NCBI RefSeq assembly: GCF_036321535.1
Contig: NC_087472.1
Coordinates: 101,248,001-101,312,000 of the forward strand
Length of the DNA stretch: 64,000 nucleotides
DNA from: Camelus dromedarius
Lineage: Eukaryota
Direction of reading: 5' to 3'
Under the pieces are notes generated by a model that did no database searches, had not been told where the DNA came from, and worked only from the letters and a program-made list of their open reading frames with translations. The position numbers and the translations under genes are program-made. Positions 52,201-64,000 of the stretch are shown here, in pieces (within the stretch, counting starts at the first letter, position 1; every line of letters begins with the position of its first letter).

Positions 52201-53094
52201 AACTTCCCTCTTAGCACTGCCTTTGCTGTGTCCCATAGGTTTTGAGTGGTTGTGCTTTCATTATCATTTGTCTCAAGGTATTTTTTAATTTCAGCTTTGA
52301 TTTCCTCATTGATCCATTGTTTTTTCAATAACATATTGTTTAATCTCCATGCTTTCCTTTTTTTCTCCTTTGTTTCTCTGTTGTTGATTTCCAGTTTCAT
52401 GGCATTGTGGTCAGTAAAGATGCTTGAGATAATTTCTATCTTCTTAAAATTGTTGAGGTTTCTTTTGTGCCCAAGTACATGATCGATCCTGGAAAATGTT
52501 CCATGTGCACTTGAAAAGAATGTATATCCTATTTTTGGGGGGTGTAATGCTCTGAAAATATCCACCAAATCTAGTTTTTCTATTGTAGTATTTAATTTCT
52601 CTGTTGCCTTGTTTATTTTCTGTCTGGAAGATCTGTCTAGTGATGTTAATGCAGTGTTAAAAGTCTCCAACTATGATTGTATTCCCATCAATATCCCCCT
52701 TTATCTCTGTTAGTAATTCTTGTATGTACTTAGGTGCTCCTATATTGGGTGCATATATATTAACGAGTGTAATATCCTCATCTTGTATCACTCCTTTAAT
52801 CATTATAAAATGTCCTTCTTTATCTTTCTTTATGGCCTTTGTTTTAAAGTCTATTTTGTCTGAAATCAGTACTGCAACACCTGCTTTTTTGGCTTTTCCA
52901 TTTGCATGGAATATCCTTTTCCATCCTTTCACTCTCAATCTATATGTGTCCTTCTCCCTAAAGTGGGTCTCTTGTATGCAGCCTATTGAAGGTTCTTGCT
53001 TTATTATCCAGTCTGCCACTCTGTGTCTTTTGACTGGAGCATTTAGTCCATTAACATTTACAGTAATTAATGATAGATGTGTGTTTATTGCCAT
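49298..53094 (-). pseudogene. L1 ORF2p (APE endonuclease, reverse transcriptase, CCHC), interrupted
   Basis: ORF pieces give EN motifs (TVNVNGLN, QETH, GDF-N, TDHNA), RT motifs ([23 protein letters not shown]) and the zinc knuckle [18 protein letters not shown]. Breaks: +1 at 52659-62, 52071-74, 52020-26 and 51366-67; TAG at 50586-88; ~5-bp loss near 49353. Confidence 0.95.
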
Positions 53095-53498
53095 TTTGAA
53101 CTTATCTTTGCAGTTGAATTGGTATATCCTCTTTGTTCCTTTCTTCTTCCTTTTGTGGTTTGGTAATTTTCCTTTGTATTATCATGGATTTTATTTAATT
53201 TTTGTGACTCCTTTGTAAATTTTTGGCTTGTGGTTACCCTTTTTTGTAAATCTATCAACCCATTACTATAACTGTTTTTATTAAACTGATAGTAACATGA
53301 TCTCAAACCCATCCTACTGTTAAAAAAATTTAAAAAAGAAAGAAAATAATATTCTATATTTCCCTGCCTCCCTCTCCCACTCTCAGTGATTTGTATGTCT
53401 TCTTTTATAATTTCATGTTTACTTTATTTGTAATTCATGAGTTATCACCTTTCCAGTTGTGAGTTTCTCATTTCTGTAGCATCCTGCTGCTTTTCTAT

Positions 53499-54394
53499 TT
53501 AGAATAGCCCTTTCAATATTTCTTTTAGCATGGGTTTAGTGTTGCTAAACTCCTGCAGCTTTTTTTTGTCTGTGAAACACTTTATTTCTCCTTCTATCGT
53601 CAAGGATAGCCTTGCTGGATAAAGGATCCTAGGCTGCATCTTTTTTTCATTCAGGGCTTTGAATATATCTTGCCACTCCCTTCTGGCCTGTAGTGTTTGT
53701 GTAGAGAAATCAGCTGAGAGCCTTATGGGGGTTCCCTTGTAACTTACTCTTTGCTTTTCTCTTGCTGCCTTTAGAATCCTTTCTTTATCTTTGACTCTGG
53801 CCATCTTGATTATGATATGTCTTGGTGTGGGTCTATTTGGGTTCTTCCTGTTTGGGACCCTCTGAGCTTCCTGTACTTGGATATCTGATTCCTTCTTTAA
53901 GTTTGGGAAGTTTTCAGTCATGATTTCTTCAAAAACCTTTTCAATCCCCTTTGATCTTTCTTCTTCTGGGACCCCTATTATGTGAAGATTGGGACGCTTT
54001 ATATTATCCCATAGGTCCCTTATGCTATTTTCATTATTTTTTATTTGCTTCTCTTGTAGTTCTTCGGAACGGGTGCTTTCTATTGCCCTGTCTTCTAGAT
54101 CACTCATTCGTTCCTCTGCATTATCTAGTCGGCTTTGCACAGCTATTAGATCATTCCTCATCTCTGTCAATGAGTTTACCCATTCTACTTGGCTCTTCTT
54201 TATAGCTTCAATTTCATTTTTGACATATTTTATATCTCTGAACACTACCTCTTTTAATTCCTTCAGCAATTCGATCACTCCTTTTTTGAAATTTTGATCT
54301 AGTAGGCTATCGATGTCTATTTCGTTGATCTTTCAGGGGATTTCTCTTGTTCTTTCAATTGGGAAAGGTTTTTCTGCTTCTTCATCTTGCTCAT
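53499..54394 (-). pseudogene. L1 ORF1p (coiled-coil, RRM, CTD RNA-binding protein), frameshifted near codon 22
   Basis: 53499-54278 translates to LWDNIKRPNLHIIGVPE, RPTPRHIIIKM, ARREW and YPARLS. ATG at 54394 gives MSKMKKQKNLSQLKEQEKSPE and then goes out of frame (896 nt in total, not a multiple of 3). Confidence 0.93.
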
Positions 54395-54889
54395 ACCTCT
54401 TTGGCACTGTGGTTTATGGAGTATCAGTTGTTTATTTTGGTCCTTAAGGATTTTATCTATCTGATGCCTATTTAGGAATAGAACTTAGGAAAAAAAGAAA
54501 AAAAAATAAGAGAGAGAGAGAAAGAATTTTAAAAGAAGGGAGAAAGAGGGTTTGAAAACAGTGTATAATGAATAATAGAAGAGTGAATTGAAGCAGAGTA
54601 TTAATCGGGTTGAGACGTCCTTTTAAAACCTTTACAAAAAAAAGGGGGTGGGGAGATGAATAGATGTATTTGAAACCTGTGTCTAATCAATAGCAGGACA
54701 TCAAAACCCAAGAGAAATAGAAATGAATTAAGAAGTAAAGATTAAGAGAGTAATAGAAAATAGAACAGGTAAAAACAGATTTAAAAAAAAAAGGGGGGGT
54801 GGTTTGTCGGTGTTCTCCTGGAGTCTGTGTGCTTTTAATGTGAAGTCTTTCTGTCTTCGTCCTGTTTTGGAAGCTCAGCTTGCTGTTTT

Positions 54890-56078
54890 CAGAGGCCCTC
54901 CGTTGGCGCCCTCTTCTGTGCTGCTCCCAGCACCTGTCGGCAAGCAGATCGCGCCTCCTCCTAACACTGGGTCAGGTGCAGCTCTCTGCTGTGGGCGGGC
55001 GGGTCGCTGCCCCTCCTGATGCCGCAGTCAGATGTTGCAGACTGGCCAGGTAGGAGGGCGGGTCGTGCCCCCTCCCAGCACCTCGGTCAGGGGCTGTGTT
55101 CCTGCCAGAAAGGCGGGGGGCCGCTCTCGCTCTACCTGCGCCGCCGCCGGTAGCTCCGCTGCTCTGTGCGGCTGCGCACTCTGCCCTGGTCGGCGCTCCG
55201 CAGGTGGGCTCGGGGAAGACCGAGGGACAGCCCTGTCCCTGCTCCGAGCCAAAACCCAGCTCCTTGTTTGTCTTTGTGGAGCAAGTTCTCTGAGGGACCA
55301 GGATGGAAGGATCCTATCTGCCCCGGGCTGCAGGCCAGTCTCAGTCTGGCCTTTGAGGCTGCTAAGCCCTTAGGTGCGGATGCAGGTTTCGCCCCCGCCC
55401 CCGCCTGGGTGCTCAGCGCCGGAGGATATGGAGGCTGTGCCTGAGCCCCGCCTCTCTTCCCCGGAAAACTTTCCGAGGGTTTTCAGAGATGGGGGTGTGC
55501 ACCCTTCCCCCGAGAGCACATCAACCTTGCTGTTTTATGGAAGGCCCAGGTTGTTCTGCCCTGTGCACCCACAGCCACAGCGCGCAGCCCCTTGCATTCC
55601 CCCGAGGCTGCCTCCGTGCAGCCACTTCCGTCCTCCGCCCGGCTTGTGCAGCCTGGCCCTTCCCGCCGCTGCAGGCCCGCGTCTCAGGCTGGGTGTCGGG
55701 GGGACGCTCTGTGCCCGTTTAACTTAGTTCTGTTAGTCAAGGGCTGCTCTGTACAGATCCGAGCCTCAGAGGCTCCCGCTCAGTCCCGCTGGCCTCTCAG
55801 TTGGAGAGGGGAGACCCAGCGAGCGAGCGCCAGTCCTCCTTTGCCGCTCCCTCCCCGCGGGACCCGTCCCGGGCTGCTTTGCCTTTTGTTCTTTCTTTTT
55901 TCCTTTTCTCCTACCAGATTTTTGGCGTCTTTATCTTTTGAAGAGGGCGATGTTCTGTCGGAGTTCCACAGGTGCTCTGGTTGGCTGAGTGGGTCTGTAG
56001 ATGTGGGTCTTGGTGTATTTGTGGGAGAGGGTGACCTGCGAGCGTCCTTCTACTCTGCCATCTTCTCTGTCTCCTCCC
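54890..56078 (-). promoter_or_regulatory. L1 5'UTR internal Pol II promoter / CpG island with 5' YY1-type site
   Basis: GC- and CpG-rich tract unlike the CpG-poor surroundings. GCCATCTT (AAGATGGC on the minus strand) at 56057-56064, ~15 nt from the element 5' end, as in other mammalian L1s. Confidence 0.8.
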
Positions 56079-57934
56079 GGCGGTATTTTTATTTCTTGGT
56101 GGTATATAAAATAATCGTGTATCTTAGATTTGCTGAAATGCAGTATTCCCACAGGCCACCTTCTTCCTTGTTCCTCTGATCAGTTGTGTCTGGCCAGAAA
56201 AGTTTGGCACTTACAGATGTGAGTTTGATGCTGGCGCCAGGATATGGTTACTCCCAGAGTAGTATACCCTGTGGCTCAGTGGCTACCAGGCAGTAGGACT
56301 TGCCTCCTGCCGTTTTGTCACTGAATTGTGGGTACCCTCGTCATTGGATGTGGAGTGCAGACCCCACCAGTTCTACACACATTTATCTGCCACTTTGTCA
56401 GATATTTCCCTCTCTTGTCAAGCCTCTTTATTTAGAATGTGCTGTTTAGGCCAAAAGCGTCTTTTGGGAGGAGGGAGAGTTTAGGGTCACCTACCAGCAA
56501 TCAGACCTTTCACAGTCTGAATTGTCTAGAACAGGACTCCGGACCTAGGAGTGTGCGAAAATGTCCTTCAAATGGCAGAAAGGGTTCTAGAACAAAGGGG
56601 CAGAGCCTCAAGCCTTCTCTCAAATAATTGGGTGCAGAATAAACCAGGACCTTAGGAGCAATAATACACACAAATTAACAAAAAGCAGGAAAAGGCAAAA
56701 AAAAAAAAAAAAAAGAGCTATGAGAATTAATGCATCTTCATCTAGAGCTGTGTAGAAATCTGATAGCCAGACACTTGATGGACAAGTCTTTTCACATCTC
56801 GAAGTCTCAGTTTTATTACCTGTAAAATGGGATACACCTACCTCATGAAGTGACTGGAGGCATTAAAATGCTTTCAAAATGCTTATGTACAATCAGACCT
56901 TACCACATTGAAATAATTATGTGCCAAGTACACCATATGACTTGATGATTTCTGAATGTACATGTCGGAATGGATGTAAACAATGACCCTAAGTCATGAA
57001 GTAAGAATTAAATATCTTCTGAATAATCTGTTTAAAAAAGTGGCAGTGGCGTTGGGGTGGGGGGAGGGATGCAATCCATAATTTAGAAAGATATCCCTCA
57101 AAAATGCTTGTATATATATGGAACTTACCGGTACATTTTAGTTATCTGGATAATTCACACATATGGAAAAACCTCATCTTCAACGATGCTGGATAAATGA
57201 GGCATGATGTTAAAAACATATTCTAAGATCTCCAGATCAGGCTTTAGAAGAATTTAGTGCTGTGACTGATAAAAACCCTTGTGAGTCATGTAGCCGAAAA
57301 AAGGTCTTTGAAACTGGGCCTTTTGTTTTCTTAGTATCCATATAAACACAGGAAACCAGAACTATTTAGCTACAAATTCACTCAATACTGAAAATGAAAA
57401 TGTGAGAGCAGAACTCCATAATGGGCACAGCTCTCCTAAGGTTGATGGCGACATGCCATTATTTTGTGTAGGAAACTTGTGTGTAATTGTGCCTCCCCAA
57501 AAGTGGCTAAGAAGAAGTGGGTGGATAGAATGTGGAGATACACTAAATAATTAAAGAGTAGAAGCCCTACATGATTTGGCTCCTAGCACATTTCTCAACT
57601 TCTCTCTTATGTATTCATTAAAGTCACCTAAACTGTATTTACGCAGGTCATCCAGCCCTGCCATCATTCTCCAATGTGAATTCTGCAAATAGTCTTGCTG
57701 CATAGGGAGACCCATATATAAGTTTCCCTAATGTTGAATAAGTTTCTTATCTTTGCAGCTTAAACAAGTTTGTAATCTTCTAAAACAAACTGCTCTGTTT
57801 CAGACAGTATTTCCTATTTGAAGGCATATAACTACACTTGCAAAGAGCAAAGAGTGAAGAGTATGTTTTGCAGTTTTCCTTGGGAGGTTTTCTAGGGCTT
57901 TACCCAAGACAATTGTAGGGAAGGGATTTCTTCT

Positions 57935-58250
57935 AGACCTGTGACACTAGCCATAGTAGCTTACTGAGCTCTTGAAATGTGGCCAGACTAAATTGAGATG
58001 AGCTGGAGGTGTACAATACATACACCCAGACTTCAAAGGCTTAGTTAAAAATGTAAATATCTCATTAATATTTTATTATTAATTGAATGTTGAAATTAAA
58101 ATATTTTGGGTTGAATAAAGTATATATGGTTGTAATTAATTTCACCCGGTTGTGACCCCCTTTTAAAAATGAGGCTACTAGAAAATGTATGATTACATAT
58201 ACAGCTCACATTTGTGGCTTCCATAATATTTCTATTGAACAGATGGGTCT
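57935..58250. mobile_element. hAT-Charlie MITE (MER33-like), second copy
   Basis: CTTGAAATGTGGCC..AATGTAAATATCTCATTAATA..GGCTACTAGAAAATG..TATTTCTATTGAACAG; similar to 44381-44694. Confidence 0.8.
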
Positions 58251-59659
58251 AAGTCATAAGGTTGGCTCACCCTGGTCCGATTACCTGTTTCAAGTCCTTT
58301 TAGGACTAAGAAACTCAGAATGAGAAATGGGAGACACTGGTCCTAATCCAAGCTCTGACACTAACCACACTAATCTCCCCTGTGTCTCAGAATCTGGATT
58401 CATGGTTTGGGGCAACATAACCTACCCTCCACACCTCATAGGTAGGCTGTGAAGATAAAGGGAAATTCTGTATGAGAAAGAAGCCATTGGCAGCCTGCTC
58501 AGGGCTGTTGGTATCATCTAGAATACTCTCAACACAAAAGAGTCATCAGAAGTTTTTCTGAGGCTACTTGTCCTCCCTATTCCACACTTCAGGGGACATC
58601 ATATTATATTCCATATTATGTGGGAACATTACACTACATCCATGGCTCATATTTACTGTGTGCCTCTATATGGTGGTCATTGTGCCCAAGACTTCATAAA
58701 CATTAGCTCATTTAATCCACAGAACCACCTTATGAGATTGACACTATTGTTACTGAGAATCAGAGCAGTGTGGTGTTTAAGGTCAGGGGTTCTAGAGCTA
58801 GACTATTTGGATGCATAACTAAGAGCCACCACTTAATAGGCATGTGACGTTACTTAACCTCTCCAAGCCACAGGTTCCTCATCAGTACAATGAGGAAAAT
58901 AATAATACTGCATTAAGATAATGCTAACTACTGTCACTAGCAAAATCAAATGGGCGTGATGGCTCATATACAATAGAATACTTGCACAAGTAAAGCAAAA
59001 ATTGGATATTCCAATCAGGGATCCAGGAATGCAAGCTCTTTATGTCTCCTTAGAGTGACTTTCAAAGTCACTGACTTTGTCCGCATCAAGCTGGAAGAGG
59101 AAAGAGCGTGCAAGATGATGTATGGAAGGAACCTGAGACTCAGAGAGACTTGTCCTAGGTCATACAACTAGACAATGGAAGCTTTGAGATTCACACTCAG
59201 CTCTGTCTGGTTCTGGAGCTCATATTGACTGCACAAATCATAACCCACACACACCCCCATTTGCTGTGCACAGAGCTGAACTACCACCATAAATGGGTGC
59301 ACAGTTGACCACTTTCTGTGGACTCTGCATCTGAGAAGATGGAGAAGGATCTGACCAGAAGCTACACTGGCTTCACATGAGAGGGTGGAGTGGAGAATGT
59401 GCTCTGCACGGGGAGTAGATTTTGGACTATTGGATGACATTGCTGGTCCTCCTGGGCATCACCACTGTTGCTGCCACCATCAGCATAATCTTTTCTTTTT
59501 CTTGCTGCCTGCCTTCACTTTGGAACTTTATAAACCCTTCATGAGCTTGAAAAAACAGCTTCTAAGACAGAGAAACAAACCTATTTACAAACACAACTGT
59601 AGAAATGAGCTGGGAGTCTAGGACCCTGGTTCTTATTCTTGCTCAGTCACTTACCAACT

Positions 59660-60078
59660 GTAATAGATTCTTCCATAGTTCCAATTCTCCACTCTTCATT
59701 GTATCCATGCTCTTTGCCTTGTGTCTTTGCAGTTTCTACCACTAGCAGTAGAGAATATATCCCTGTTCTGTCAGTGTTGGACTTCGCCATGTTACTTGCT
59801 CTGGCCAATGAGCTATTAGCAGACATATTACAAGCAGAGACTTGAATTATGCTTACACCATTAGGCTTGCTCTCTTACCTGCCTTACATTCTCCATTAGA
59901 ACAAACTCTGGTTAGCCCACTGGTTCAAGGGATGAGAGACACATGGAGAATTCAACTTGCAGCTTGGAGCCTAGCCCAGTCTAAATCATTCAGTCCCTAT
60001 CCAGAGAAGAGTGAATGCTTTAAGAGACTAAACTTTAGGGTAGTTTGTTACACACATTATTTTGGTAGTAGCTGACTC
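59660..60078 (+). mobile_element. MaLR LTR (old MLT1 family)
   Basis: TTTGCAGTTTCTACCACTAG..ACTTGCTCTGGCCAATG..TTTAGGGTAGTTTGTTACACACATTATTTTGGTAGTAGCTGAC. Confidence 0.7.
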
Positions 60079-61479
60079 ATATATCAACCATGAGTACCCT
60101 CAGAAAATCATTCTTCTCTGACATTCAGTTTACTTCTCTCTGCAGTGAGAGCATCGAACAGATACCCTCAAGCCCCTTCCAGCTGTCCTGAAGACAAAAG
60201 CAAGCTGTCTTGCCATGTTTTTTGCTTTGGGTACAGGAACAGAAGTGGGGCTCTTAAGAGAGCATCCTTTAAATATGATAATTAGGCAACTATTTTCTTG
60301 TAATTTTGAGCTATATTATATTAATTATTTTCATATTTTAATGAATAGAAGCATATCTCATTAGCTTTTAATTACCCAAAATATGCTTTACTAGCCCATT
60401 CTCCACAGCCAGCATGGGCTGTTTCTGTGGCCCCCCTTGTAACTCAGAAGGTAGAGCCTGGAGGCTGTTGAGGGGGTGGAAGGTGGCTTCCATTCAGTCT
60501 CCAGCCTTGAGGAGATAGAAGTCTAACTTCAAAGTTAGTTGAGACATCCAAGCAGTTGTGAAAAGATGTTAGGTCCATACACACCTTTTCGAAAGGTGCT
60601 TATATTAGACAGAGGTCCGAGGAGATATACAACCATGGAATGTACATATGTGCCTTAAAAATTGGTTTCTCAGAACTGGCAGTGATTGTGGTAGTAGATT
60701 TATTGTATGTACCACAGGTCAAGGTTCATAGGTTACTTTCCAAATATCCTTTTCAGGTGTCTGATAATTCCTAAAATATATATACATTATGGTGCAGACT
60801 TCTGTGAGGAAAGTTAGTTCATTACTTGCTACACTTGGAGACCAAATGAAAATAAGATAAATATTCTCTCTGGGGTCTCCAGGTCCTCATGTTTCCCAGT
60901 GATATTTCTGGCCCTAACTGCCAAGGACCGGATGGGCTGGAACTCTATTCTGACTGGAGTGGATGCATCTGACATTCTGTACCTGACATATTTCTTCTGA
61001 CACTTACTTATGCAGCAGAATAAACTGAATCTAGTCATCCTTCCACTTGCTAAAAAGAATGGTTTCTTCTTGCACCCATACATAAAAATACATACCAGGA
61101 AAGACCTTGTAACCTTATTTTCACAAGCAAAAGATTAGAAATGACAGGAATGTCCACCAATTGGTAACTAATTCAGTAAAGTTGCCACTAATTTGGTCTA
61201 AAGTCATGCTTAATATCAAATATGTGAGGTCGAAGACCTGAGTTCAAATCCCAGTAGTGTTGATTATGCACTTGGAGTACTGGGCAAGTCATGTAACATC
61301 TCTGTAGTTCAGTTCCTCATCTTTGAAACAGAGATGGTATACCTCTATAAAAATGTACAGAGTTAGTGGTAATAAATGAGCCAACATAAATAAGGTGCTT
61401 AGAACCTAGTAAGTATATAAATATACTTTAGCTTTTATTTTTAATATTATTTATAAGAATGAGATAAATTTAAATACTC

Positions 61480-61985
61480 TATTAAAATGGAATAATCACC
61501 CCAAAACTTAGCAGCTTAAAACCACAACCACTATTCATTATTTCTCATGATTCTGAGGGTTGACTAGGCTCACATGGGATATTCCTCTGCTCTGTGTAGT
61601 GTCAGCTGGGGCTACTATCATCTGAAAGCTCAACTGGGGCCTGGACCATCCAAAATGACTCACTCATGTGGTTGGCTGTTGGTGCTGGCTGGGATTTTTG
61701 TCCAAAGCACCTTGGGTATCCTCTCCATTTGGCTTGGGATTCTCACAGCATGACATCTGGGCTCCAAAGGGGAGTTTCCCAAGTGTGTGAAGGTGGGAGT
61801 TACAAAGCTTATAAGATTGAATTTGGGAACTTACACACAGCCATGGAAGTTACACACTTCTGCCACATTTTATTGGTCAAAACAAGTCGCATGCAGGCCT
61901 GAATTCAAAAGGAGAGGAAAAAACTTACCTCTCAATGGGAGGAATGGCAAAGAATTTGCAAGCATCTTCAGTTCATCGTATTGTT
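61480..61985 (-). mobile_element. MaLR LTR (old MLT1 family)
   Basis: CACCCCAAAACTTAGCAGCTTAAAAC..TCTCATGATTCTG..CACTTCTGCCACATTTTATTGGTCAAAACAAGTC. Confidence 0.75.
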
Positions 61986-62437
61986 AAGAAGAGGGGAAAA
62001 TGTAGGAAGTGTGGGTATGTTACCATTTATGTAGCAAGGGAGCTTTTATATGTACATATGTACATGCATATACATAAAATAACATAAATCATATCTAAAA
62101 CAACATATGTATGCAACACATACATATATGTATATGAATGTGTGCATGTGTACTGCATGAAATAAATATCTTTAGACAGATACATAAGAAACTTGTAACA
62201 GAGGGGACTAGGAGACTGAGCTGGGAGGTTGACATAGTTTTCACTGTATGCAGATTGCATGGTTTAAATTATTTTCACCATATCCATATTTTATTCAAAA
62301 TGAGTAAATAAAAATGTAAAGAATTAGCAATATTAATGTTTCAGCTGTTCTAGTACAAGGGGCGGTCATTCATGGAGAAAGCAATTCCATGAAACAGTAA
62401 CTTTGAGTTGTCCTCACCAACTAGAGAGATTCCCCTA

Positions 62438-62464
62438 ACACACACACACACACACACACACACT
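62438..62464. repeat. (CA)n microsatellite
   Basis: Direct reading. Confidence 0.95.
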
Positions 62465-64000
62465 ACTGGTATATTTTTTTAAACCACCAAAGTAGTTCAT
62501 GTGTCTATCAAGTTCGCACTAAGAATCAGGTTACTGGATATTTGAAGAACACTTTTTCTATTCCAGTTAAAAATCATCATTTATCTGTGACTAGCATAAC
62601 ATTTCATTTATATTTGAAATCGAAGAGCAGAATGGCTCCACCAAATCCGGAATCTGTAAACACAGTATCATGTTTTGATAGACACATAGCTGTGGATTTC
62701 AGCATCATTATTTGGTAGCTGTGGGTTTGTGCTATTACTCTGTGGTATTAGATGGTTGCAGGGAGTTTTCAGTTCTTCTTTCACAAAGAAGGAGCAAAAA
62801 CAGAAAGTGAAGGCACAAATTCCCACCCATGTCCTATGCAGCAGTAAGGAAAGCCATGCAGTCATTCCAAGGCAAGGGACAGAAATATTCTGTCTGCTCT
62901 GCTTCTGCTCTCTGTGTGAGACCCTCTTGTCCAAAGAGTGGGTTAGTGGTACCACTGAAGTAGGAAAGAGATGATTTCAGGCTCCACAGCTTATGTGCGT
63001 CTTGTTATTGCAGTGTTTAGACATTCATTCTGCACATGTGCTTACCCATAACAGAATCTATTGATTTCATTTTTTAAAGTCTTATGGTAACTATGGATTT
63101 GGCAGCAAGTGTCCCAGATTTTTCACTTTCATTCTTAATTTTTAAAATATCCATTTGCACTTCCATTTGTGACCCCATTTACCATGATCTTTTGAGTAAA
63201 GTTTAGCCAGAGCACTAGTGAATTTCAAGCATGAATAAATCAAGCAAGGGTCAAAACATAATTCATAGAGAATTTTAGAGGTCACATTCACTTCCTCATT
63301 CTTCCTTGCCTTAAAAGAGAATTTGGGGGGCATTATAAATAATCAGCTTCTCTATAATCACCAACATCATTACTCTGGGCTCACGGATTATGTGACACAG
63401 TTGTGCTTATAGATTTATAACATTTTGAAGCTGAAAGGGGCCTTAGAGATTATAATGAAGAAACACAAGTTCAGAGAGGTCAAGTGACATGCAGTCACAC
63501 AGGCGGTTAGTGAAAAGTTCCAGATAAAACTTGCAGATTTTGCAACTCCTAATCCATTGTTTTTTTCCTGTACCACGACATTACAGTTATTATTATATGG
63601 TTCAATGTCACCCTTGCCCTCAGCATGTTTACAGAGTAGTGAAACACACCAGGACTTGCTGTGCTATTGGGCCATTGGGCAAGGCTGGGATACATGTTGA
63701 GGGAGGGGATGGTTGTTTATTGAAGCTTCAACAAAAAACACGCCGCGTATGTCCTTAATTGTTTGTGCTTCTAAGATTTTGTTGAAACAAAGGGTTCTAC
63801 GACTAAAGCATTTGAAAACCACATCAATAGTCCAACCCAAATTTAATGCACAGTATAGGTTTAATACAACATATATAAAACATGTGTGTGAAGCTGATTA
63901 ACATGCCCAAAGAAGTCAGGTTTGTGATTGGGTGCAGTGTGGATCAAGTAAGGATTCTGAATTAAGTGAGCAAGTCCTTTTTCATTACTCTTAAGTTCTA

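Larger units (their letters stand above)
48978..56078 (-). mobile_element. Full-length LINE-1 retrotransposon (~7.1 kb), young lineage-specific subfamily, ORFs disrupted as given
   Basis: Perfect TSD GGCGGTATTTTT at 48966-48977 and 56079-56090; L1-endonuclease-like TTTT/AT site. Minus-strand 5' end GGGAGGAGACAGAGAAGATGGC; CpG-rich 5'UTR, ORF1, spacer, ORF2, 3'UTR and a short A-rich tail. Confidence 0.97.
48630..56146. mobile_element. Old TcMar-Tc2 non-autonomous DNA transposon (MER104/Kanga1-like), split by the L1
   Basis: Left part contains TTCACATTTTAACATCTCTGAAATTGAGATGCA (~48680-48712). The right part resumes after the TSD: TTTCTTGGTGGTATATAAAATAAT...TCTTAGATTTGCTGAAATGCAGTA. Confidence 0.7.

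Noticed and set aside
49795..54297. Plus-strand hydrophobic ORFs (49795-50355, 50914-51270, 52673-53218, 53989-54297)
   Set aside because: Antisense shadows of the A-rich L1 ORF1/ORF2, a well-known artefact.
40760..60990. Shared 15-mer TTCTGTACCTGACAT at ~40760 and ~60975
   Set aside because: Similarity does not extend and the copies are 20 kb apart; one such match is plausible by chance.
1..64000. CRISPR array, operon-like or other prokaryotic/viral system; ERV internal gag/pol/env
   Set aside because: No regularly spaced repeats and no gene-dense region; the LTRs are solo, without primer-binding site or internal ORFs.

Overview
Mammalian non-coding DNA (intronic or intergenic), most likely camelid, judged from a Vic-1-type tRNA-Ala-derived SINE at ~41.3 kb. 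I recognised no host protein-coding exon; the only ORFs with recognisable homology belong to LINE-1. The dominant feature is a full-length ~7.1 kb minus-strand L1 (48978-56078). It has a perfect 12-bp target-site duplication (TSD), a CpG-rich 5'UTR, ORF1 and ORF2 with EN/RT/CCHC motifs, and several frame breaks, and it sits inside an old Tc2-type (MER104/Kanga-like) DNA transposon. The rest is a mosaic of old L1 3' fragments, L2/MIR, MaLR and ERV solo LTRs, hAT MITEs and microsatellites. Most notable: (i) a poly(A)-tailed, TSD-flanked retrocopy of the 28S rRNA 3' end nested in an MLT1 LTR, itself nested in MER58; (ii) a 75-codon ORF in the L1 inter-ORF spacer, preceded by a splice-acceptor-like signal and overlapping the ORF2 start codon; (iii) four +1 homopolymer frameshifts clustered in ORF2 that may be assembly errors. 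I found no convincing wholly new multi-gene system. Repeat family names come from recalled consensus motifs, not a database search, and old-repeat boundaries are approximate.
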